Origin: Mobula hypostoma
Lineage: Eukaryota
DNA: 64,000 bases
Direction of reading: 5' to 3'
Assembly (NCBI RefSeq): GCF_963921235.1
Contig: NC_086108.1
Coordinates: 53,136,001-53,200,000 of the forward strand
Numbering within the stretch: position 1 is the stretch's first letter; every line of letters starts with the position of its first letter. Positions 40,434 to 52,172 of this stretch are shown piece after piece. The notes below the pieces were generated by a model. That model saw only the letters and a list, made by a program, of their open reading frames with translations. It was not told the DNA's origin and ran no database searches. Both the position numbers and the translations under genes were made by a program.

Positions 40434-41236
40434 TTATTTCATTCAATTATTTTTTCTCCTTTACACTTGTGTAATGGAAATAACATCAAACAATCCTGAA
40501 TCTTCAATCATGAAAGGAGAAACTCAAAGGGTTAGAGAGCTGCAGAAGATTAGAGATGAGGAGGGACAAGGCTATGGAGAGATTTTAAATCAAGGGTGAG
40601 AAATTCAAAATGGAAGCTTGCTTTTAACTAGGAGTCAATGTTCAAGATAATGATTGAGCAGAACTTAATATGAGTGAGGGTCCAAGCAGCAAATCTTTGG
40701 AATTGTATACTTACTATGGAGAGAGGGTATAAGTGTGGATGCTAACCAGGAGAGCATTGGACAAGTCAATCCCAGAGTTAAAGAAGGTAATGCACAACAT
40801 TTCCACAAAGATGTCCATCCATTTCCCCCCACCCCCCCATTACCTAAGATCATTACCCTCCCCTAGCTGGTTCCCTCTGCCCAACATTACTCCCTTATTT
40901 TGTTCCACCTTTCGCTTATCAGTCTCTTTCTCAGCAGTCCCCCTTCCCCTTCCCTCACCTGTCCATTAACCACCCCTGCAATCTCGTTCCACTTATCATC
41001 TACTAGCCTCAGTCTCATCCCACTCCCTCAATTCCATATACTGGCTATCAACTCTCAAAAACCCCTGTGTCCCCATTCCTCCACAAATGCTGTTTGACTC
41101 ACGTAGTTCTTCCAACAGTTTTTGTTTTGCTCCAGATTCCAGATTCATCTGTCCCTTTCCTTAAAGGACCACATTCAGCTGAATGCATTCTCTGAAAATT
41201 ACTTGAGGGCACCAATCAGAGAAGAGCTTGAAAAAC

Positions 41237-41338
41237 TGCTGGAGGAACTCAGCAGGTCAGGCAGCACTTGTTGAGGGTTTATTTCTTCTCTTCATTCCTT
41301 TCCAAAGATGCTGCCCGACCTGCTGAGTTCCTCCAGCA
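41237..41338. repeat. 30-bp inverted repeat (29/30) made of two Penelope tails, 42-nt spacer
   Basis: TGCTGGAGGAACTCAGCAGGTCAGGCAGCA at 41237-41266; its reverse complement at 41309-41338. Confidence 0.92.
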
Positions 41339-44300
41339 TTTTGAGTGAGCTGAGGGTATCCTGTGTCTCTAGAGAAAAATTTACTTTAGTGAAGAAAATG
41401 TCAGAGAGAAGTATGTTTTTACTGAAAATTGAATTGTTCTCATTTCCTTTATAACACTGGTGAACTCACAGCCAGTCTGATGATCTTAAAAACAACAACT
41501 GCTTACCCCTTGCTCAGCCCTTTAAGCGGTTTAGTTCCTGTGTCCATGGATGTCAGGGTATTCCCTCATTCCGGCATAAAATGAGGCTGACAAGAGGTGG
41601 CTACATAATCTCCTCCAGGTATGAGAATCCCCACACAACGCATAATGCACAAATAAGTTTCATGTCCTCACAAAATACGTAAGGATAAACAGCAACTCAC
41701 TGTAGCAATCCATTTCAATTATTGGATCACTGATTTTTTTTTACGTTTTATAATCATTGGAGATGAAGCTGAAAAGCAGCAAGTGAGGAACCACTATGTC
41801 ATCTGAGCTCCCTTACCTGATTATTACTGTGTGATATTGTTGTTAACCACTGGAGTGTCGTGAGGGTCACTTGACTTTATTTGAAGATTATCATTTTCTG
41901 GACTTATTGTCCCTCTGTCAAATCCTTTATATCCATGCCATCACCTCCTGGTTCTCCTGCTCATCTGCACGATGAGCGAGTGGATGCAGAGTGGGTTAAA
42001 CCCGAGCTAGACTTCTTCCTCCTACTCCTATTGCTCCTGTTACCTTCAGGATACCTTGTGGCTCTTGCGTTCTGGGTCTCTTTGCCACTCACCCTCTGGC
42101 ATCAGTTTGTTACACTGTGCAGTGCACAGCACAAAATAATAAAGTCATCACATTTGCTCCAGGCAACAGAAGCTCGTCTTTACCACTCCTTTGGCACTTT
42201 CCACCGTTATTCTTCCTACCTGATGACTCTCCCAGTCACTGCATTCAGTTGTTTTAGTTGGAGGGCACATTGGTGTAATGAGCCTTATAGACTTTGTCCC
42301 CCAGGATTTATGCCAACTACTGAGGATGTCTGGCACTGTGCATGTATTGAATATTGGGATTTATTTTTACATTGATCCACAGTATTCTGCACAGTGAGGG
42401 AGCAGAAACCTTTCCTATTCATAGACATATCAGGATACTAAAGGGATCCCTTAGAGCATACGAATGCGGTTAATGGCTATTTACATTCATGGAAAGCCAC
42501 ATCTTAGTTTCCAAGATGCCACTTCATCCTAGCTGAAATCCAAGTAGATGAAATCATTTATGAATGCAGGAGTCTGGATCTTCTCTCTGATTCTGACATG
42601 GCAGCAATCTGTTGCTACCATTTTTGAGGGCTCCTGTAGGGAGGGAGTTCAGGGTCAATAAGATCTTGACCTCTACGCAGCTTGTAGACCATATATGGGA
42701 GCACTGTCAAATGTCCTCATGGTTGAACGGCCAACTCAAGGTGACATGTACCTCAGTAATGACAGCCTGGAAAACTTGAGCATGTTAATACAGTATTCTT
42801 CAGGAGGATGTGGTAATTATGCAAACTAAATGTGGGGAGGCTGTTCATTAAAGAGTCAACCATTGCCTTGTGATCCAAATTGCCTGACCCATCCTAAGTA
42901 GGTAGCGATAGCCATTTAATAATGGAGCTCTATAGTAGTGACATTCCTGAATTCCCATTGCATGAATGTGTTGACAACCAAATGTGGGAAAAAATACTGC
43001 TTGTTAGTTGCAGTACACTCTATAAAGCTGCCCAGTGAGGTCTCCTAGTGTCAGCAGACTGTCTCTCTAAAAGCCAGAAATGCAACAAACTAGTGTATAT
43101 GCTCTTTGTTATAATAACTTTTTCAGCCTCGGACATGGGTTGCATTTTAGTTTATGTCTAGAAAGGCAGAAAAGGGCATTATACCAAGGGTATATCATTA
43201 AGTGTGAGTCTGGTGCCTGAAAGAAGGTCAGAGGATGACAAACATTCCCATTTCATCCCAAAATGGTCACTTTCAGACTACATTCTGTTTGAAATATATT
43301 TTCATGTCTTTAGCTCCTAAAAAATGGATGCAAATTGATCCAGTTTGTGGTTTAGGAATCCAAAAGTTGCTGCAATGATAACATGCTCTTTCATGGACTG
43401 CTCTGTTGTAGTCTTTATGAAAGCAATCAACATGAATCCGTAATTTGATGTGAATTTCATTTTTTATCACTGCCCTTATAGTAAATTCACTGAAAATATT
43501 AAGACATTAACATGAAAACATTAAACGTGGTTAACATGAGATTTTGATGGTGTGCTGGACATAATTGCTACATAATAGCATCTCTAGCCCTAAAATTAGA
43601 ATTTCTTTCCATAGCATGTTTAAAAAATTAAATTAGTATTGTAAACTCCTGGTTTGCTTTCTGTGAGAATTTTTTCAATCTGTTTAGCTAATGAGTCTCT
43701 TGACAACACTGATAGTGGTTATATCAGATTTCCAATAGAATGCAACTCATATTGATAATTTGGAGTCCTTGCCACATAGCCTGTTTAACCATGTGATCAG
43801 TTTTCTTTAAGATCAGTTAAACACAGCAGTCTTTTATTACCGACCACCAAACCTCAGACATCGTGTTCCGTGATAATGTTAGTTATATTGGTCTCCTAGA
43901 TAGGCAAGCAGGAAGAACCACTGTAAAATAATCCAACGTGCCTTGTATTGAAGAGCAGTCACTTTTTAATATGGGTAAGCACGGTAATCGGCACCTATTA
44001 AAAGCGAAGGATAAATAGCATAATAATTCGCTTAGGTGGGAATAGAAGGGGTCTGGGTAGGCAGGATCCCTCATGATGCGCTCCCGTCTGCTTCCCAGTA
44101 GCATAGCATTGACCATCAGGGAGTTATTGAGATGACCCGCTTTGAGGGAGCCATTGCATCACCGTGATCTTCGTAAAAGTCCCAAAGAACCTCTTAAGAT
44201 CCGAATAAATTACGAAAAGAGGTAAATCGTGTAACCACGCATCCAGTAGCCTCAGCATCTCGCTGAAATATCGAAGTGCTTTATGACTCCAGAGGCGGAA

Positions 44301-44650
44301 GTAATCTGAACTAAATACGTATATCTTCCATTAAAGCATTCAACTCATCACTTAAGGAGTGCGTTTATCATCCTTACTTCACGTGGATAATCTTCTATAT
44401 GTTGACAATATAATACAATATTTGTTTTTATTACTTCAAGGTTCATGCCGGGTCAAGGCTCAACGCAGAACACCAGTAGTTCCAATACACAAGCGAACAC
44501 GGAATTGAAAAGAATTCAGAAGTGGCTTGTAACGACAAGCTTGAGACATAAATGTCTACATCTAAAGTGGCGGAAAAATTATAAAAGGTAAGAAGTTGCA
44601 CCTCTCTTAACTGTTATTTAACTGTTCCAGAAAAATGGTTGAAATTGAAT

Positions 44651-44732
44651 ATGCTGTAGGAACTCAGCAGGCCAGGCAGCTTCCATAGAAAAAAAGTGCA
44701 GTCGACGTTTCGGGCCGAAACCCTTTGGAAGG
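44651..44732 (-). mobile_element. Penelope tail with intact hammerhead 3' half
   Basis: Minus strand ...AGGGT-TTCG-GCCC-GAAACGTC-GACTG; the 5' core reads CTTCCAA instead of CTGATGA. Confidence 0.75.
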
Positions 44733-44836
44733 CCTCTTTAATGTATATTCGTTTAAACAGAAAACAGAAGGCACCTGTTGAATGCTTTATGCAATACGGT
44801 TGAACAAATATGGTACAGGTGGTTGTTCTTTGAACG

Positions 44837-45053
44837 AAACACAAAGATTCTGCTGATGCTCGAAACGTAGAGCAACATATAAAAAGTGCTGGAGGAACTC
44901 AGCAAGTCAGGCAGCACCTATGGACGGAAAAAAACCGTCGACATTTCGGGCCAGTCCTGATAGAGGGTCTTGGCCCGAAACGTCGACTGTTTATTCCCCT
45001 CCGTATAAGCTACCTGACTTGATGAATCCCTCCAGCACTTTATGTGTGTTATC
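44837..45053. mobile_element. Fold-back Penelope-tail element with arms of about 80 bp
   Basis: 44873-44953 is the reverse complement of 44971-45050 with scattered mismatches; flanks CTTTGAACG (44828-44836) and CTTTGAGCG (45054-45062). Confidence 0.85.
44952..44989 (+). ncRNA. Minimal type-I hammerhead ribozyme motif (best copy in the window; core variant)
   Basis: Stem I CAGUC/GACUG; core CUGAUAG (canonical CUGAUGA); stem II GGGUC-UU-GGCCC; GAAA; palindromic ACGU in place of helix III; GUC cleavage triplet ending at 44984. Confidence 0.7.
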
Positions 45054-48000
45054 CTTTGAGCGGATTTTTTTTCGAATATAGCGAAATGTCTCCTGTAACG
45101 TATTTGACCATAAAAAGTGATGGCGACAATTTCAAACAGATAAATCCTTAAGAACGTAGAAAACTTGCGATCTTAAAATTGTAGATTTCAACGTGGAATT
45201 CCCAAATAAGGCCACATATATTAAAAGAGCTGATCGGAAAGCTGTCCATTTTGTGTTATTAAAAGGTTAAAACTTTCACTGTCAGTGGGGTGAGCAGATC
45301 AAGCCACCCAACCATTCTGCGCAGACCTCTGCGTTACTTCGGTCGAGAGCGGCGCAGCGGTAAGCAGTGAAAGTGCTCGTCACTTCCAATTTTCATAAGT
45401 AATTACAACCTGATATTGCCCTAAGAAGGCAAGTTCTATATTCTGTTGTCCCCGGGACAAAGGACCAAAGTGATCGCTTTTGATTTCTTCGGGGATTCCA
45501 AAATACAGTACAGTAATCCGGAAGTCGGAAAACTCAGAAGTTTCTGTTAGTTTTGGTTTGCGTGTCTTTCCTTCTGGAATTTAATCATTATGCAATATAA
45601 TAGCAATGCAATTTAAGGAGAAGACACGTCGATCTGTTTGTGAACGAGATGTTATATCCACACGGTTTATGTCTCGTACACATTCATACAAATTTGTTTT
45701 CAGCAACGTGCGTTTGAACTTGAGGCATAATTACTTCCTCCGACCTGTCTCAAAACTTTACTTTTAAGATATAAATCTACCTTATTCCCCTCAGATGAAA
45801 ATCGCAATCCATTTTTCTCTATAGATGCTGCCCGACCTGCCAAATATTTCCGTTATTTTCCGTTTTTATTTCAGATTTCCAACATGTTAAACCAAAAAAA
45901 AGAATTGTTGCATTTTGAAATCTAGTTGTTCTGTTTTCGCTGGAGCATTTTAAGTTGGAATAAAACAGTAAACCGATCACGCATGAAAATCTGACAGACA
46001 CATCATACTACAAAAACTTCAGGTAATTGTGTATTTAATAATCAATGGGCAATGAGATGACATTTTAAAATAATTGTAAATAATCCAAGCTGGAGTTATT
46101 TTTTTCAAAGAGAGCTTCGTGGAGCAAATAATTTGAACAACACGTGAATTTGAACTCAAACACAACAGAGTAAAACTAAGATGTAATATAAAGCACAACT
46201 CCTGTAAGAGAATAGCTGTTTAAAAAAAAACTAACTGTCTCCGAAGCCCAAACTGTACCATGCTACCCTATTTTTCTGGGCTGGCATCCGTCTGTCCAAA
46301 TTACAGACTCGGGTTAATTCTGCTTAAGTCAGTTCTCAGTCGGTGACCCGTTCCTGGAATCTTGTCACCTTCACGAATCTCTCTTCAGGACCTTATTGAC
46401 TCCTCTGGAGCTCATTCGGAGGCAACTGAGAAACAAACGGAAAAATGATGACACGTTAGGAATACGCGTGAAACTATCGCACAATTTAAAAAAGGAGGCC
46501 ATAAGGTTTAGATTGATTATAATATGCATTGCTATTTAAAATTATTTATGACTTCATTTTATGGACGCAGGTAATGCTGAGAGAAGACGCTGGAACCATA
46601 TTTCAATATTGCTAAAATGGCACGCGTAGCCGTATTAATACACAAATCTATACAATTGGATGAAATTGCGAGTAACTGGAGGAATGGCATTTAAATTATT
46701 GGTGGGGGGGGGGAAGAAGATTTTTGCCTGGTCGATCTTTCCCCCTCTTAATTGTAAGTGGAACGCTGTTAGGTACACTCGGAGCCGTGCCTGGATATTA
46801 AAATCTGCCTTGACGCTTTGTGAGCGAACCTTGAGAACACACTGACAGTACCATTGAATATCTCTTTTGTTCCGACCACTTCTCCCTGGATTTGAAAGCA
46901 GGGCTGCACGCATCGTATTTGCAAAAAAATATCAATAGATAAAAATGAGCAACTTCATGTTGTTTGACAGAGAGTTACACGTTGATGGAGTAGGTTCCTA
47001 AAGGGGGTGATAATGGCGAATCCAGCCCTTTTAGGAGCTAGAGCCGCAGGCTGCACGTGATTTGACCGTACAAAACCAAATTAAACATTTCTTTCAATAA
47101 AAAGTCATTTTTTATGTCTTTAAACAATAAACCCGCATGATGTAGAATCTCACATCGCGAGATAAAAGAAGTGTCTGCAGAACGATACATTTTGATTAAA
47201 CCTGACATGCTGATAACTTCATGCTAATGTAAAATAATTAACATAATAACTATAATTAAGAGTGCGCCAACAATGCCATTAATTCATCACGAATTTTATT
47301 CGCATTCTAAATGCTGTCCAAATGCTGTATCCGATTTCTTTGAACCTTTAATTAAACGAGTTGCCTTTTTATTAAGCACTGTTTGATTTGTATAAATTGG
47401 AGTTATCCCACTTTTTACTATCCATTATCACCGAAGTTTGTATCCCTCCCCCTAAGTGTCTCAACTGGTTAAGTTACATCATATAAATACATGAAAGATT
47501 CTGTTTCACTATTTCTCTATATTATTGTAGTTAATTAGAGATTAGGATAAATTTAAAGATTTTTTTTTAAATTGCCGAAGGAGTTAACCGGTTAATGAGG
47601 AGGTTGCATGAAATATCACCGTCGCGTTATTTGGATCCAAACGTTGTGAAAATTACAGCATAAACATCTACTGTTAACCAGAAATTGATTATTTCAAAAC
47701 AGAAAATATTTATTTTAAAAAATTCAATCAGTCGTCGCGGAGATGTTCTCTTTCCCCCTCTCCTAATAGCGCAGAGAAGTACCGGTGAAAGTGTTCTAAA
47801 CGGCGTGGGGATTATTTTAATACAGACACTCAGACACGGTACACGGTGGGTAAAAAGGTTTGGTGCTGTTACTGATTTCAGTTAGACGGCTAGAAAATGT
47901 ATTGATTTTACTGGATGCGCAAGCTTTGGAATGAGTATATGCCACAGGTAAGAATCTGCTGTTTGTCAGATATTTTCTGTGGTTGATGGTATTACCGTTA

Positions 48001-51000
48001 ACATTACAATAATAAATCTGGAGTAGCTATCTTGTATGAATGCAAAATATATTCGTTTTATTCGTCACTGCTGCTCCGTTTTGTGCTGCCGAAGTTTGGA
48101 GTCAGCCCACACGTCGGAAGCTGAAAAAGAAGATTTCCCCACAACTCACGTTCCCTCCTTGCAACGCACATCATAATGGGATTTCTCTTTTAATAATCCG
48201 AGTATGGCGAGATTTTACATAATTCATCGTAGAGGCTAATAGGGTTTTAAGAGGGAAAATAGGACGTATTTGATACTCTTCCTGCGTTGCATTGAAAGCG
48301 ACTGGATTCTGACAAGTGTATTTCGCGAGGCCACAGCCTTAGGGTTGCCGAGCCCGAATAATATCTGATCGCGACCGCGTCAGATGGGTCCAAATCTCAA
48401 CTATATTTAACAGAGCAATTGGAAAACACTAATAAATGTATTTTGGTCGAATTTATGTCGCTCCTTGTGCATGAGAGGGATCAAGATCAAACAATAATTA
48501 TTGCTTGAAAATATTTCCATTACTCTCTCGCTCTTCTGTAATTTCAGAAATAAGAATTTTCTATTTTTCTATTCGTCCCTCCCCCGCATGTCTTTTCATT
48601 CCTTTAACATTTATAGCTCTCTCTATTCCCCCTTTCATTCCTTCTTTCTCCTTCTTCCTCCATCCCAGTGCACCATCTTGACTGGATTAGGTGCCGGTTC
48701 CCATTAGGAAGATTCGCTCAGGATCTGTTATTATTTTGAAAGGGATCGGTGACGCCCAGCGTTGCTCGGCGATTTGCTCCTACTCATTAGCAGCATGATG
48801 TTAAATTAGATTATGAACGGTGCAAAAGAGAAGTCAGGTCGCTCTGTGGAAGAGAGGAGTTGCAGTTCTCTTTTTAATTATAATGTTCTGCGCCGTGTTG
48901 AAGTTTCACATAAAAGTAGCTGACTTTTAAAGTTTACTGATTTTGCCGAATAGTTTCCAATTCTGTTTGCATGTTTCCGTGTGCCCCTTTAATGATAACC
49001 TGTGTAAACCTGAAAATCTCGTTTATTTCCTAACATTACACTTCACTATTTAAACGGTGGCAATGATGCCCAGATCATTATTTTTTCCTAAATATGCCTG
49101 ATTAAGATTTGCTAAATTGATCCAGAAAGCCTTTCTGTAGAAATCATTGTAGAACAGACAGATCTCTGAGTCAACACGGGGATTAGCACAATAGATCCCT
49201 AATCGAGGGGAAACAATCCTTTTCACGCTAAGGGTCATAATTAATGGTATGATTTAATTAATTTGACTTTTATTGTGTTTAAGAAATACGCATCAAAGGG
49301 ACGTGCGTCCTGTAGTTGTTTTTTTAATTCTCTGCTAAACTCCTCTGAGAGTTAAGAAGATCATCGGAAATAAATAGGATGATGCTTTTGGAACAAAGAC
49401 GGCATTTTATGCTTCTCTTAACGATGCTCTTCCGACTACGAAGCTGATCGCCATTGAAAGCAACACCCCAGATGGTTGCATATAATAGTTTATTTTAATC
49501 AAACAGTGCTCAAAAATGAAATCATTGATCTTATTCTGCAGCTACATTCCAAGTTCTGTGTGCATTTTAATTTCTCTCGAAGCCAAACAAAGAAACTAAT
49601 TTTACAATATGGAACTTTTTGAACCTGGTTTCAAACAGGGAAAAAATGGACGCATTGGAAGAAAATGAGGAAAAAAAGAGAGACTTTGTGTGGAGAATTG
49701 TGGTTGCCAATATCTGTTAGTCTACAAGGCAGCCTATTTTAAATGATGAGTGATTATGGAACCCCTAGTTACAGTAACCTCTACTGCTCTCATATTACAC
49801 TAATTCAGTATTTTTCTTCAATAATTGAAGTCCCATCAGTTTCAGCCGCAGAATATACATAATTTTCGTCAAATGTAATGCACTGGACGTTAATCGCGTA
49901 ATTGTAACGAATAAAATCGAAAATCCTTAAAATGTATATGTATAGAAGCGAGTTTCTGATCTATTTTGTCCAAAAATGGATTTGGCTAAAAGGCTGTAGA
50001 ATCAATTCATGTTTTTCTTTAAAAAAAAACAAAACGCAAGTAGCAGCCCGCCCAGGAACAAGTAAGCAAGTACAAAAACGAAGTGCTTTGTAAACTGAGA
50101 TGTTCTGCCGTATTTACACAAATGAAAACAACAACCAACAAACACTCATTTATAACCAATTTACAACCGCATCGCGAGGTCCCCCCTACCCACCCACCCA
50201 CCCTCTCCCCTCCAGGCTTGATTCATTTTTTCCTCTTGTCCTCGATGATTGCTTAACATATCTTCATTCGCTTGGATTCTGCACTTGTTAAAAGAAAAAA
50301 AGAACACATATCTATATATCTCAATTGAAGTTCATTAATTGAAGTAAACAGTGGTCTAATTTCAACAAAATGTAAGGCCAGATGCCTTCACGAAATATTA
50401 CCGTTCTGTTTATAAACTAGTTTGATAATACTAATAGTCAATAATCAATGTTGAGAAAATTTAAATGATAATGTAAAACAGCAAGCAAGCAAAAAAAAAC
50501 GAAGTGAAAATTTAATGCTGACTAAACCGTGCTTAGCTCTGTGGGGAAAACGCTTACAGTTTATAATATCATTTTGTGTCACAGGGAAGCCCTGTCAGGT
50601 TTAAATGGTTATTCATTCCTCCCATCGAAAACATGTCGTAAACCCATTCACATGGTTTTGTTAGTCTTAATAGGAGGGTGGAAAGAATAATTGATTCTTT
50701 TGTCACTTAAAGATATTCTGATTTGAGTAGGAGGAATTGGGAGAACAAATCAATTCGATTTTAACCAAACAGCAAAACGGAAAAAAATATTAAAGCCAGT
50801 TCTTAGATATACAACTTTAGTGGTGCATAAAGATAATGCTTTTGGGAAGGGATTATTGCGCTGAAATAAGGCCTTTGTTTAAAAGCCGGTGTCAGTTCCT
50901 GTTAAACTTATTTGGAAAAGTATAGTTTTCACTCTGTAGTTTAAAAACCTTTCCTGAGAACTGTATTGAGACAAACGCTTACCTTCAGCACTGTGAATAG

Positions 51001-51749
51001 CTTGTTCACATTCACCCACACTCTCCCATTTCCTAGTTTTTCATATGCTAACGCACAGGATGATTAGCTCGTTAACACCTCTGCACATCCTGGTCCAAAT
51101 TTCTTTATTTGAGGCTTCTCTATTGTTACCGCATGTCTCCCCCAATAGCTACCACCCCCTCCCCATCCCTGCCCTTTTCATCCCCTCTTCACTAAAGCTA
51201 ATAGATTAATCAATAACCATTTTGCTGTATGTGCGGCAACCTATCTGATGCAGTTATAATACGTCTTTCTTACAAAAAAAATGTCCTTTAGACGCTGGTG
51301 CCTGACTGTAAGACAATGTATATCAAATAAAATAAACCGATCATTGTCTATAAAGAAAGCGAGTAACACGTCAATCTGCATAAAAATCCAAACTAAATAA
51401 GTAGCGTCACATTCATTAAAATAGTTATATTAAGGTTTAATATCTAATTAACATTATTTTGATTGAGTGGCCAGAATGCCCTGGAATAAAACAAAATTAA
51501 TAAATAAACAAAATATTTTGTATGTCCTATTTCAGCATTTTGGTCAAAAAGTGAAATTGCGAAGTAGAACATTCCAATTAAATGATTTGAGATCCAGTCT
51601 TGCTCCACCCTGCGAGCAAGTTTATTGATAAAGAATGCTTTGATCGCCTTAGTGAAATGGTACTTGTAGGAATGAGTGGTGCTACTGTTGTCTTGGCCGG
51701 ATCTATGTTGACGATTACATGAAATAACTCGAGTTTTGCATGGCTTAAC

Positions 51750-51845
51750 AGAGGGAAGTCTGACGTTAGTCCCTCACGTGACAACCCCGAGAGTATATCT
51801 TTAACTGAAACAATCACCAGTCTTTTTATATATATATAAAGGAGG
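51750..51845 (+). promoter_or_regulatory. Probable FOXD3 core/proximal promoter
   Basis: GGAAGT (ETS-like); TGACGTTA (CRE-like, 51761-51768); TCACGTGAC (E-box, 51774-51782); AACAAT (SOX, 51809-51814); (TA)n ending in TATAAA at 51835-51840, about 335 bp upstream of the ATG. Confidence 0.65.
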
Positions 51846-52058
51846 CATAAAAGCTAAAGAGCTGCGTACCTGAAAACGCTTTAAAAATATTGCGAGAAAT
51901 TATAGGAAAAGTTGCAATGTGCAAGTTGAAATAGGCTGTCAAAAAGTTAAAGGTAATTGTTATTGACAGCCCCTTGACCTGCATTAAAAAAGCGTTGTCA
52001 TCTGATCTGCAAGGGACTGCCAGCTGAGACAGTGTGTATGTGAGAGAGTCGAGAGACT

Positions 52059-52061
<3 letters not shown>

Positions 52062-52097
<36 letters not shown>

Positions 52098-52098
52098 G
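52062..52098 (+). repeat. (GA)n microsatellite in the FOXD3 5' region
   Basis: Visible GA run interrupted once by GG. Confidence 0.95.
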
Positions 52099-52172
52099 GG
52101 GGAAAAGAAGTTTCTGCAGAAAAGAAGCCAAGCTCTTACCTTTTTTTTGGTGATTTGCGAAAGGGAAGCGTG

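Noticed and set aside
41881..42375. 164-aa ORF
   Set aside because: TTG start, no recognisable domain, no splice support.
2187..51700. Exons of an upstream gene or a FOXD3 antisense lncRNA
   Set aside because: No recognisable host-protein peptides were found, and a lncRNA cannot be supported from sequence alone.
52155..52172. N-terminal extension of FOXD3 in the ORF track
   Set aside because: It starts at TTG; the conserved MTLSG start is the ATG at 52173.
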